Below the pieces are notes generated by a model that saw only the letters and a list, made by a program, of their open reading frames with translations, was not told the DNA's origin and did not search any database. Of a DNA stretch of 64,000 bases, positions 12,387 to 27,500 are shown piece by piece. Each line of letters opens with the position of its first letter. The first letter of the stretch is position 1. The position numbers and the translations under genes were made by a program. The stretch comes from Perna viridis (Eukaryota): assembly GCA_037379345.1 (NCBI GenBank), contig CM074513.1:39552885-39616884 (forward strand), read 5' to 3'.

Positions 12387-15300
12387 TGTAAAATGTAAAT
12401 TTTAAGCAACACAATCTTCAATATATAAATAAATATAAACAAAGACATGAAACGAAGCTTTTAATGTCTTGAGTTGTTCGCTTTGAAATATGGATATGAT
12501 ACTATTCCGTCTATAGTTCAGTATATAATACGTGCTTTGAAGATCCCTTTTCTGAAGCCAAGTCTTGGTTTTCCACTCCCTGGAAGATTAAACACAAAGG
12601 CTCTAAAACAATATATTTTCTGCACACTTCCAGTAGCAGGCAAAAATTAAAATAATAGAAAATGATCCATATTAAAAGAAAACTTTCAAATCAAAACCGA
12701 TACATTAAAATGATTTGAACGTGAAAATTGACAACCAAGATGGTTCTACACGTAATAAATAACCGCTTTTATATCACCGAGCTATAATCCTCGCATGCAA
12801 CATGGCATAATTACTAAACTAGTTTCCGGAACCACAGATGCGTCAGCAAGGAGTATCATAAAGAAGGGTTTCATTTCTGGATAAGGTTACCTATAATTAA
12901 CGAAATGTCATAATCGCCGTAGAAAGCACGGAAACTAGAGAAAAGGCAATGTTGCCTCGTAAAACATAAATTACACAGTTTTCAAAGACTCTTGTTTATC
13001 TTTCATTTCCCCGAACTGATTAAAAGGGTTGAAACATTGTTTCAGGGTCGATGTTAGCTCTTTGTTTAAGGTGGTAGTTGCTACTTTATGATGTGATGTT
13101 GACAAGGTCGTGTCAGAAATACATACAAAGTTCTTACAAAGACTTACAGACACTTCGTAATAAGGACATCAAAACAAATATGGTGTTTGTAGAAGTCATA
13201 TTAGCGCGCCAACGAAACAAATCATAACATATATGTGACCATATATATATATATTTTTTGTATTCTACGAACGATTATTTTTACTTCAGAAGCATCTAAG
13301 TAACAAACCTTGTCATAGATAGCTTGAACAGTGTTAGACAATGTATCGGGAATCGGTTAACCAATGTCCCGTTAAGTGGATAACGGTAATATTGGTTATT
13401 GGTGATCTTAAAATAGGGTGAGAGGTGCTATGTGATTGGGATACACTCTACACTCTGAATGAGGCATACCGTTACTTTGTGGTTTAAATTCAACTGTATA
13501 GTCAGAATTGATTCAAAGGTTTCCGATAACAGATAAACGGGAGAAACGCGTGTTTGCCAATGGGGTAAATGGTCCACAGAGAGTGGGTATATAATGTTGG
13601 GGTCAAGGGCAGTCTGTGAATTGGTTAAACGGATCGATATGAATGGGTACATGGTGTTCTCTGTTCAAGCTGTGATTGGCATATCGTGCTAGCCAGACTG
13701 GGGCGAAGGATCATGGAGTAATTCTTCGAATGGGTGTATAATGTTCTGTGTAAATATTTTATAAGCTACATAGAATACTAAAATTTGTATATATTATGGG
13801 ACCAAGTAACTTATTTTCAAAGTAAGCTGAAAAGAGACGCAAGTAAAAATAACAAATCATTTTAATTATTTCTCTTCATGAACAGGAAAGAAACCTTTTT
13901 TAAAATCAGAATCATACTAGTAATGCGATTAAGTCACGTGACTGAACACTATGACTTCATCATTCAGTATATTTGTTATTAAAAAAGAGAATTCGATATC
14001 TGCTAAACTAACATAGTGCCCATACGTTACCAACATTTGGTGTAATAAATGATTTAATTCATACATACATACTTTTCTCATGTTGAGTGCAAAAATAATT
14101 GCGACGCACGGGCAAGATGACTTTCTTTTCCAAAACGTTCACTAAAGTACCAGTATTATACAGTTTGTTCTTATTTTATCTTTTAACGTCATTCAGGGAT
14201 ATATTATCACTACAATTATATCCAAAAACGTTAAGACACTGAATGATTTCAGCATTCCATATTTTTTTTCAATTCGCATTCTGGGTAGGTTCAATTCGAT
14301 CTTGAAAACAACTGCAAAATACAATAAACCTTTTTTAAATGTAACAAAATTGTGTGACAATAATGAGAAGTTTAATTACGCTATGATTGGTAGAATATTA
14401 GCCTAAACTGTGAAATATGATATATTCTGTTTAACAATGACGTTTGTTTCATTTTTCTGAAAGCAAAAGTTTCATTTATAAGTTAACCGATTGTAATTTT
14501 TCTTGTATGCCAGATTTCTAAGAAAACATTTTAAAACTCGTGGATAGATTTTTTTTCATTCTTTGGTATAATGCCTAGTAATGCTACTCAAAGAATAAAG
14601 AGTATATGATGGGATATTAAATATATTCTGATTCAAGATGCAATTTTTTTTCTAAATCAATTAAACGAGACATGTTATTAATGAAGCCATCTTAGTGATT
14701 TCTCTAACATACCTTGTCTGTTTTTGCTTAATTTGATATAACCACCTATAATAATCCGTTACCAGAAAAAGGTGCTTCTGAAGTTATAATCCAGTGAACA
14801 TTTTGTTCATTGCTTATATGTTATATTTTGTTTATATAAATTTTAGTGAACATTTATGATTAAATTTAGATTACAGTCGTGACATTGATGAAAAAAACCG
14901 CTTTTTATAAAGTCAAGTAGTCACATTCACGTGGCTCCCATTTGGTGACCATAATGCCATGCATTAAACAAACATTAAAACCAATTAAGGTTGATTATTA
15001 AGATGCCTTTTATTAGATCCCTACACTAAAACCACAAGTCAGGCTTTTTTGCAATATCCCCTCAAAGACTAAATAAGTTTTATGACATGACAATGCATAA
15101 AGGTTTATGAAAATCAAAGCAAGCCTCACATGAACTTTATGGCCATGTTATCGTCCCACGGGTCCATCCGGTTGTAACAATTTAGCTAACAACTAGGAAT
15201 GGGGTGGGTTGTTCATGGAGGATAATAATTAAAATGTCATGTGCTGTCTTACTGTAAGTAATTGCGTTGCGTTGTATGGTGTAATTTATCTCATGGTATT

Positions 15301-16203
15301 AGTGAGATGGCTTATTCTAGAGAAAGCTAGCTTTATGATCACTCGGAAGTCGAAACACATCTTTCAATAATGCTATGAAAAATAATATGCAAATACGGAT
15401 ATTGGATATAAATGAGCAAACCCCTAATGGATCATAAACACCGTGCCTTTTTGCAGCGAATTCCGTTTTTCCTGAAATTGTAGTCACAGAGGTGTAATAT
15501 CAAAGGCCGCTAAGTGTTTCTTGTCACCTACTCTAGTTGAGTGAGATATTAAAACACTTCCGCCGTTGAGAATATAAGGCAGCTATGATAGAATAACTCA
15601 TCACACTATCCCATTCGTTTTAACATTGTCATGATCTGTAGGCCGTTTTATATAGCCCTCTAACACGACAGGGCCAAATTGACAAAAAGTCAATATATGC
15701 ATTCGCTTGAAATATCACGTTAATATAATAAGCCATAAATTAAGAATTTTATATTACATAGGAAGCGAAGGAAGATGAATTTATGTCGTAACCTATGATA
15801 CTGGTAGGGAGATACACGCTCTCTGACTTCGACTTACGCCATATTTGTGATTAAATCAAATAGGCCATGAGTGACGTTTTGACTGATAATTCCAAGTTTA
15901 TATTTTGGAAGAGAATTTCATGTCATAATTCCATTATATTCCTAGCATATGCAGGAAACTATGCATAGAGAATTATGAAGGATATCAAATAATTGTGAAT
16001 TTCCAATCAGGTTTTTTTGATAAAATCTTCGAAATTTTGGATTTTATTACCTTTCCTGATTTTGTTAAGTGGTGCAACATCGGTGTATGTTTGTTTGAAG
16101 TTGCAAAGTAAAGAAAAAAAGCTAGTTTCAAGTCAAAAGTTATTTGCTTTTTCAAAATTACATGTACATATTACGATGTTTTATGTTTATGTCGATCAAA
16201 ATA

Positions 16204-16404
16204 CTGTTAAAGTATTATTGTTCGTGAGGTACCAAATTTCATGGTTTTCGTGGATTGAGTAAACAACGAAATTTGGTTCCCAATAAAAAGGAAATTCCCC
16301 ATTCGTTCGTATGGTAAAATTCAAGCATCTACAAGCATCTATGAACTGATCATTTTTCCCTAAACCACGAAAATTGGTACCCACGAATAAAAATTGTTTC
16401 ACAA
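16204..16404. mobile_element. MITE, same family as 8991-9187
   Basis: TA|CTGTTAAAGTATTATTGTTCGTG...CACGAATAAAAATTGTTTCACAA|TA; colinear with 8991-9187. Confidence 0.85.
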
Positions 16405-19400
16405 TAATCAAACTATAGTAGTAGAAAACCTCAGAATTATTTACCACAAGCGTTGCTGCTTTTAATTTGCGTTTATTCTTTCCTGTTTTAGTTATTTGAA
16501 CTTTATAAACGATGAATAATTCGACACGTCTCTGAAAAACTCCAGATTAAATGTTTGTACTGTGGCATTGTTGATATTACTGCTGACCATCGGGTCCTTG
16601 GGGTCAGACCATTCTTGATCTATACTGGCCTTTTAATTTCCCAAGAAGATTCACCCTTGATCGGGTCGGATCAGTGTAAACCAGCAACTTCTATCCCAAT
16701 GTTATTAAGATTTATATTTAATATGGCAGAGTAAACCGTCTCCAGATCTAGATGTCTCATTTCTGCTGATTGGTAATGAATTTGATATGGCATTGGGGTG
16801 CACACAGGGTCACTACCCTTCAACTTACTTTTGAGTTCGATCTTTATTTAACTAAAGCTTATGTGATTGGATGAGGATATGCTATACCTGAACAATGTTT
16901 TTCAAAGTATTTTTCACTAATTATATTTAAATCCGAAATAATTATCTTCCCATTTTGTACCTCTTTGTCTGGTGACTTTGTCATCCCATTTTTATGACAA
17001 TGTTTGTATTGGACACTAATGTTCATTTCTACGTTCCATGAGAAATTCCGGATGTCATATAAATTTGCAATATTGACTAGTTTTATGACGGTATCTTTTC
17101 TTCAATGAATATAAATAAGTACTTACTTGGCCTTGCCATTTCTTCAATGCTCATATAGGGTACACCTCAAAGAAAAATTATTTATTGGTTTCTTACTTTG
17201 TCAGTTTTACAATCAGTGTCCACAAAAATGAGCATCATTGTTTTTTGATAATTTTAAGTTTCGTTTTTCAGACTGAAATACGTTCGGATGGTACAGCAAC
17301 CATACGAAGTAGATCTATTATAACAGTTAGATAACTAATTCTAGTACAATGGTCTCAAAAAGAATTAACATAACTTTTTCGTGTGAAAACTATTACTAAT
17401 TTACAATTTATTTCGAGAAATATCCCAGAATTTCAAGACAGAACACGGAACATGGCAAAATGATTTTTCAACTTATAATAATACTGCACTTGTCTTTGAA
17501 TCTACATAACATAAAAACCATTAGGGTGTTTAAAAATGAAATTGGTAAATTTACGCTTTATGTATTTTTATAATTTTGCACACATGTCGCAAACCCGAAA
17601 GCTTGACTTTCTTGTGGATGACAGATTATTAAAATTATATATGCACGTAATGCTGCACCTAAGATATGGCATCTTTGCATCGATATTGATTTAAGCGCGT
17701 GCTGAGAGTGATTGCATTACATTGTGCATTCATTTTGTTATTAATGCAAGTGTTACAAACCGCGGGAGACTGGAACTGTTTGTTAAGTTTAAAGACTTGG
17801 TTTCATTGGAGAATAAGATTAGATATCCGGCAATCAAGTATATCAATTAAATATGTACGAGCAAGCTTTCATTTGTGGTTGTCGTATTCAATTGCAGATT
17901 CATTTGTGGTTGTCTTAATTATGAACGAATAATTCACGACACATATTCATGATTATTTACAGTATCAATATCTTTAAATTTAGTGATGTATAAATATATA
18001 GATATAATTAATACAAAAGATAATTTTAAATATATTTTATATTGTATTCACAATTACAACTATACAATTTTTTGACAGCACGAAATCTTACTGAATCAAA
18101 TGAGAAAATTTGTGAAATTTGTGCTTTTTCTGTTCGAGTGTTTTTGTTGTAGTTTTGTTCCCTTTAATCGTTTGTTTTTTTAAACTGGATGTCATTAATT
18201 CGCACTTTTTCGAAGTTTTATTAACAATGATGATTTTAAAGTAATTGGAATAGGAAATACACTAGTTAAACTGATATGATATAGGTTAAAGAATATATGT
18301 TGCAACAGCGCGGTTATGCTTCTTAATTAGACATCTGAGATTATTAGCACAATTTTACAAAAAGTGCATTAACAGTTTAGCATTTTAACAAACATAATCA
18401 ATACTTTATCCCTTAACTATTTAATTCTTTTATTCTAGAATTCTACAGAATATTGCAAATGTATTTAAGCAAATTTTGAATGACAAAATTTGTTATTATG
18501 TATTTTGCATATGAAGACGTTAAATGTACATGTAAATAATATAATTTTATACAAAACATTCTTATTGTCATAAAATGAACTACTAAGAGGAAGTGTAGTT
18601 CAAAATATGCTCAAGAAAATATATTGTATTTGAATTTTTATATATATTTTAAAATGATGTTTATTTACGTTTTATTTGAAAAAAAAATATTTGTATTTTT
18701 TAATGTTTTTGTAGCTAAACATTTTCATGAAGAGAAGATATTTGAGTTAGAAAATATGATTTTCATACATTGACAGTACAGTAGATTGTTCGTTGATTTT
18801 TAGAAGGAATTTCCGTGACGTCACCAGGTTTTATTATATTTCATAAAGGGTGCTGTCTATTGTTTAAAAGAAGTTAACATATTTTGACCAAAAAAAAAAG
18901 AAACAATAAAAAGGAGAGGTCACGAGAAGATTAACTGATAAAACAGAAGAAAAGGCGCTAATAAAACTCTACAAAATATGATGACGTTCCATACAAAACC
19001 ACAGACAATATTGTAGTTTTTGTTTAATCGTTTGACAATAATCCTTTGTTTTAAATTTAAAACTCCAAGATAAATGGTCTGTGGAAGTCATATGATACTT
19101 CATGGGACATAATTTTTAATTTGGAAGTAGATAAAGGGTAAAGAAAACCTTACATAGGTGTTTGCAAATAGATAGCTCATTTTGATAAACCTTGTTAGGT
19201 CCTTGGTAGGTTATGCTGGCTGTGACATTTTTCGTGATTAGAATTTAATCAGAATGATTGATTCAAATTTAGCAATAAAATCAAAATTTCGGACAAATTT
19301 TCATTATAAAAATAAAGACTTTAATCTTACAAAATGTTAAATGGAAAAATATAATCTTAGATTAAATTTGTATTACACTTTGTCATTATTCTTATTTGTT

Positions 19401-20779
19401 ACCTGAAATCATAGTTATTCTAGATAAACGATAGCTTTGTTTTAATTTGCAGTATGACTTAAGAACATTAAAAATTTCCTTAGTTACATTTTGCTTCTAG
19501 AGTGATTCAATATACTAATTCAATATTACATTTTTAAATATGTTAAGTTCTTTTTAACTCGTTTATTTCTGAAATAGAGCATTGTTTTTTGCCTTTATAC
19601 CACATTTGACATTAAACGTTTTTACAAAATAATACTGAAAAGGTAGGAAAAGATCATTTCAAATAGAATGAACCACCGAAAGAATAACAATTATATAATC
19701 AACAATCTATCATACACACAAACTGTTGTACATATATATGAACACAAAGTTACATTGAACTTATTTTATGATTTTAGAACTCATTATTGTTATAAAATCA
19801 TTAACATATGAAGTCTGAGAATGGAGGCGGTTAATATAGATACAGTATGTAGTTCAGCATAAACATTTTGTGAAACCTTTTATAAAATACCAGTCAAGCT
19901 TGCAAAATGTTAAACCCAGGGTCTCCTTGTGCATAAAATCAATTCAAAACCATTGACATTTTGTAATTTGATATAGTTAAAATGCAGACAAAACGAATAA
20001 CTTAGGTATATCAACTTCAATGAACAGGTATATTGAAGGAGACATTTCTTTGTAACAGGGTCAAGAAAATGTATTTTTTTTTAAATTGATAAAATAAGAG
20101 AAGTTCTTCTCTTTCATCGGGTGATCAATGGAGTGAAAAAATGTATTTTCTAATACACATTTGTCGTCAGTTCTACATTGCCTATGTTCTATAAATAAAT
20201 ATACAAGCGTTTTTATCAAATTGTGTACGTACAGGTGAGACATTCATCATTGACTATGTAACAACAATCTGTTACTATTAAATCTGTGACTTGAAATACA
20301 TTTTGTATTGCATATTGAGAGATGCTGAATACAAGTTATTTCACAAATACATCTTTATTGAATCGATCACTAGCAATTTTTATTTCATAAAACCATCTAG
20401 TGCATTTCTTATGCAGCGTATACAGCGGTTATGCAGTTAAACAAGTTTTTACAGGGAGTGGGTAAGGTCATGGCCTCATTTGCTGTGTGTTACGCCATCT
20501 GACTTTTTCACTGCCTTGAAAAATAAACCACCGAGAAAAGTTTAAATTCTTTTCTCAGAAAAAAATCTTTAGTTACAGACATAATTAAATAAATCTGACA
20601 CAAAAATACAAACACAATTAATTAGAGGGCCGTTGTTTACTGAAAGTGTCATACGATGTGTCGGTATAACTCGCTAGCAGACGACACTGATATGTGCAGT
20701 TTGTGGATAATATTATTCAATAACTATGTGACTTGTAGTTCTCCTCGTGTCGATAATTATATTCCCTCCTCCTAAACCT

Positions 20780-21075
20780 GCACGGATTGGACCAAAAACA
20801 TTGATGACCTAGGGCAGATTACGAGTCGCAAGAAGTGTGCGCAGGAATACAATATAGATTATTGACAGGCGAGATGTGTATAATAAATGAAGCGATAGAC
20901 CAATAGGAAAGGTAGTTGAAGTGCATCGGTTATGCCCTCCATGGTTGGGGGCTTTGACCAAACGACAGCAATGTGTCACTCACTAATACATTCCATGAAC
21001 CTAAATGACACTACACTCCTTATATGGAACACAACCATTGAAAATCTTTAGTTTTAATGCAGAAGTCAGAGTTCA
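20780..21075 (+). promoter_or_regulatory. Putative COUP-TF proximal/core promoter
   Basis: CCAAT at 20900-20904 and reverse ATTGG near 20786. Perfect CArG box CCTTATATGG at 21018-21027, whose TATAT lies 29 nt upstream of Inr-like TTAGTT (21048-21053). DR1 AAGTCA-G-AGTTCA at 21063-21075. The TSS is inferred, not observed. Confidence 0.4.
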
Positions 21076-21421
21076 AACCATACGGAGTACTCCTTTAGGC
21101 CACCCACTCCATACAACAGTAGAGTTCGCGATTACTCCGCGTCCAAGTCACTAAGTGTTTCAATATCTGTACACTTTTAGACTCTGATTATATTTACGAT
21201 CCGACACATGCCAAAAGGTTGCTTCCTGGACTGTTCTTAGAACAAATAATGATATTCAGTGGAGTACCAGGGAAATACTTGAGAGGATAACAATTCTTAT
21301 TTTGGAACAAGTTGGAAATGACATAATCTTATAAAAGTTTAACAGTGTACCAATAGTATCATCTGGTGTGACGTAACCTTTGACTTCATACTGCACATTC
21401 TTTAATGCAACATAGTGTTAA

Positions 21422-21955
<534 letters not shown>

Positions 21956-22182
21956 TAAATACTGTGAAACAAAAATATTATACTTGGGACATTTTTTTTT
22001 TGTTGAAGTTATACACTGAATAAACTAATGACGGCATTATTCCGGTAATAATGCAATGTTCATTTGAATCTAATTCTAATTTTGTCTTGAAAACAGTGAA
22101 TAAATGACTCAAGAATAAATTTATTTCACAGTGTATTGTTAAATTTATATTATAAAATTGTAAAAATATAAACCTGATGTAC

Positions 22183-22186
<4 letters not shown>

Positions 22187-22232
<46 letters not shown>
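22187..22232. repeat. (TA)n microsatellite in intron 1
   Basis: read directly. Confidence 0.95.
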
Positions 22233-22239
<7 letters not shown>

Positions 22240-23127
22240 AAGGAAGAAATGTAGTAAACTCAATATTTATAATAATTTTGAGAGATTACAGTATGTTTCA
22301 TCTCTATTCTAAGTATAATTGTATCCTCTTATCTGTATGTGTCATATGAAGAGGAAGTTAATGCATGTTATGTACATGTATAATTTGTAAACACATTTTA
22401 CTGTGTGTTTCTGATATGGGATGTCCTGTAATTAATAAATTTTTACACATTCAAAATCTAATAAATAAAATAATTAATAATCCATAGATTCTGTGTACTT
22501 GCATGAACGACTTTCCATCTTAGAAATAAAATCACATTATTATTTACATTTGTATTGTTTAATTTAACATTTATTTCACATTTGCTTCATTTACCCCTGA
22601 TTATCAATAATCACTCTTCCATCCCGCCACCCTCCTTTTATATAGCCCCATTAAAATACATCAATAATTTTTATCTGCAAAATTAGCATTTAATGATTTA
22701 TTCTTTTTTATTTAAAGTTGTGCACCAGTTTTGTTAAGTGTTGTCATAGTTATGCAATCCCAGACAAGTCTATTTACATTTGTATAAGTTTTATTATACT
22801 TTTTATTTAAATATCGCTATTGACATTTTTTCGTCTGAGTGCGTGACGTTGTGACCTGTGATCGTTAATCTCGACCCAGACAAACCGAAAGCAGGTGTTT
22901 CCACATAGCGCTTTTACAAGGATGTCTTTTACCTATAGACATGTATACATATATGTTTCTTACTTATGAATATGAAAAAAAATCAAGTGCTATCAAGATA
23001 AATAATTCTACTGGTTTAGCACAAGAAGAAACTGAAAGTTGTTCTATTTTAATGAACACTTGACACACCGTAACCCTTAATGACCCCTTTATAACTTTTT
23101 AAATTTATATTTAACATCACAAGTCAT

Positions 23128-23256
23128 NNNNNNNNNNNNNNNNNNNNNNNNNNNNNNNNNNNNNNNNNNNNNNNNNNNNNNNNNNNNNNNNNNNNNNNNN
23201 NNNNNNNNNNNNNNNNNNNNNNNNNNNNNNNNNNNNNNNNNNNNNNNNNNNNNNNN
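23128..23256. other. Assembly gap (129 N) in intron 1
   Basis: run of N. Confidence 0.99.
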
Positions 23257-23718
23257 ATTTATATTGCACCTTATGTGTAATTTTGCATGAGTCAGAGACC
23301 AAAACGTAACTGCTCCGATTTGACCTTTTACAATTTGATCATTGATCGCACCATGTAACAGTTGCTTAAACATTCTATTGTTAATTGCATTATATCAGAG
23401 CCGATATTTTGGTTGTTAATAAGAATAAAAAGTCATGATATTAAAAAAAATATATGTACAAATTACAGACATTTTTATAGTGTTTTTGGCAAAATAAATG
23501 GGACAATATAATTATATGTATGATATTTCCTATGCAATTTCTCCATATTTATATGTATTATATTTCCTATGCAATTTCTCTTTATTTATTTATTTTTCAT
23601 TTATTTCATGAAACCAACTTAAATGTAAAGTTTCGTTTAATAAAATGGCATAATTAAAAAGTTATTTAACATATTAACCCATTACATTGTTATAATTTTA
23701 TCATCTTTTTTGGAGTAA

Positions 23719-24297
<579 letters not shown>

Positions 24298-24379
24298 TAG
24301 TTGATTGGGCATTAAAATTATATATGATAAATTTTCAATTCTCTCAAGAGGCATTATGTATATCACAGAATTTATACCC

Positions 24380-24523
24380 CTCATTTGCTTTTGTTACTTT
24401 GTATGTATGATTTTAGTTACTTTATGTTCTTTGCTGTGTATATCTGTTTTCCATGTCTGGTCTTTGTCCCTGGATTGCATTCTTTTGATTACCGCTATAA
24501 CCTTGGTTCCCTTGATTACTCCT
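24380..24523 (+). mobile_element. PLE 3'-terminal fragment in intron 2
   Basis: ctcatttgcttttgttactttgtatgtatgattttag...gattaccgctataaccttggttcccttgattactc is near-identical to 9260-9393 and 40505-40648. Confidence 0.85.
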
Positions 24524-27500
24524 TCAAAACCAAACAAAAAATTAGGGGTACTAGGTTCAAACCTGTTTTAGGCCTGACAAGTTTTAAAAATAAAACCTAA
24601 ATTCATATATCTGGACAGACAGGATGAAGGCAGACAATATAAACTGGCACTTCATTAATCCACGTTAACCTAAACATTACAAATGTTAATGGTCTGTGGT
24701 CATTTAGGTGATTCAGACTATATTTCAAATGTAAACATGGGCCTTCCTCAAATAGGATGACAGGTTAAATTCGTCATTTGGAGATTTTGTCCTTTATAAA
24801 TCCTTCACATTTTAATATGTTATCCATGTTAACATTAATTTGTATCTCTTCGTCAAATTTGCCCTAGGTTTCTTTCTACAAAAATATATTCACAAATCCA
24901 ATTTCTATTTTATGATTTATTATAAATTTTGAATATTTTTATCATAACGGCTTGATGCTTTACAACTTCGCGTTTTAATTGTATTGTACTGTGGTGAAAG
25001 TCAACTAATAAAAATCAGTCTTAAAATCAAACAGATTATGAATTATTTCGAAAATGTCTCTTCATTATATGATTATAAAATCCTGTGTTTTTTGTAGATC
25101 GAAAACCAGAGCCAGTTCCGTCCCAGAGACATTCAATGAATGGCTACAGTAAGTATCTTTATTGTTGTAAACTGGTTATAAAGAAATTAGATTGTTGCAT
25201 TTCAATATGAGACTGACCTGATTCAGTCTAAAAAAAATTTCTTTATTGAAGGAAACAATTTTTATATTCAATCCTTATTTATTTTCCAACTGAAATTTCC
25301 CTACGGGTTTCTCCCAATATATTGAGTACCCCATACCATGTGCATTGTGCAAGTTATAAATCAAAGAGTGTTTTCAAAGGTGTCACCCTTTATCAGAAAT
25401 AATATTAGCATCAGACGGAAATAGTAAAGGGTTATACAAGGAAAAGTTTTAACTGTATTTAAAGTGGTGTCTAATTTCACCACCGACTTACGTAAATAAA
25501 GATAAAAATAAGTTGAACATTCTCACTGGTTAAAAATTCATTTCAGCTCCCCATGTCAAGTACTATATTACCAGATTAACTTAAAACTAATTGAACAAAC
25601 ATGCGTTCCTAAAGCAAGCCTTAAAAAACAGGAATCGCTATTGTTGAAAGCTGTATATTTAACTTATACCACAAAATGTCGCGATGCCATATTTAAACTC
25701 AAATGACTTTTAAATACATTATGAAGGCATTATAAACTATAAGATTTATATTAAAATGTATTTAATCTAACATGAGATATGAAGACTTCTAGTTCATTTA
25801 TGTTATAAATTACAACATGCATAATATTGTATATTTCATATAGATTGACAGTCGTCTTAATAGCTAGAAACTAAAACTAAGAAAAGTGTTTAAAATTGTC
25901 GTTACTTGACATTTCTAAATTGTTAACTTAAGAGTAAGAATTATAGTAAAGGAGTATTGTAAGAATTTCCCACGGCGTTTACGCAGATACGACCTAGGTC
26001 TTGTTAACAAGAAATAAGATACTGTAGTTGTATCTGGTCCTTATCTGATAAAAACAGAGCAGAACTGTTGTCAGATAATTCTCCTAAAATAGAACACAAT
26101 GTGAAAAATATATTTCCATAAAAACGTACGAATCATTTAATAAAACTTCAAAATGTTTAAGGCTTTATATTTTTCAAAAATAAACTCCCTCAAAGCTATA
26201 TTTTCGAAATCAGAATTATGTTAGCTGATGATAAATTGTCGAATACAGTTGTCCACTTCATTTTCATCCGCCAATAGATTCTGGCTTTTTTAAAAATTGA
26301 TCAGTTGGAGATTTAATTTGATTTAGATATTCTCGGTACATTTCATAGCTGTCCATCATAATAATAACTGTCAGTTTGCTGTGTTCGAGGTTTGAAATCA
26401 ATTTTTGGATAATCATTGGATATTTATGTCAATTACACTCTATCCTTGACCAAGGGGGAATTACATGAATAGAAATTTCCGCCCATAAAAAAGAACAATA
26501 AATGATTAAAGATTTATATAAAAAGGGTGAAGTTTAAAAAAAAAATGTCCAAGTATGTGTTGCAGAAACCTATGTATTAATTGGTAGATAACAGGATAGA
26601 TATTCTTTAAAAGACTTGTGGGAATAATGAAGAGGAAGAGTTTACTGGAAACATAGTGCGTTGTAAATCCTAAATAGCATTTAATAAACAACCATTGTTC
26701 AAGTAATCTGGGACCTGTTACATACGAATCCTTAACATCATAAAAAACTTCTTTTCGATCAGTTGTCGAACCTCTCTTGAATTTTCTCACCCTATAATGA
26801 AGTTCAACTACATAGTATGACTTTTGTTTTCTCCGACGTCGTCGAACTATGCATAACACTTGTCAGCGTAACATTCAATGTAATAAAACTTAGGCATAGA
26901 AAAGATATCGATGTAATATCTGTATATATAAAACATGTTATAATAAATAGGTTAAATATCGAGACGTTTTGACCTTAGAATGAGACGGATCGCCCTAAGT
27001 TAGTAACCTCTTGTGCAATATGTACAGCTTATAATTTTCAGACATATAGTGCAAATTGCTTTGAGGCACAGTTAGTTATTGGCATGGTTCCAGACATGCA
27101 CAGAAATACATTGCCTCTTGATGATTACGTGAGCGGGATTATGTCAGAGTTGACAAGGAAGAAGGGTGCACTTAAGGTCAAGATGGCGAAGAAACCTTCC
27201 TCCTTTTACATCATAAGCAGCTACCATATGTTAAACGTATATAATTACCTAAACAAATTTCTAGAGTCTGTGTAATATTTCACACATGAAAAGACTTTCT
27301 ATGAATGAAAACATTTGTTATTTCGTGAATCTTGATAATTTTTTCACCTTGAAAGATCAAGCTAGCCTTGTTTTGTAAGCCTACACCACTTTTTGTTTGA
27401 AAGAAGTATAAATACTTAGTTGACAAATTACTGTAGTTAGCTAAAAATAAGTTTCTTTATGTAAAATAGTTTTCATCGCCTAAATTTCGTGTCCAACTGT

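Noticed and set aside
23089-23373. ORFs containing X runs
   Set aside because: Artefacts of the assembly gap
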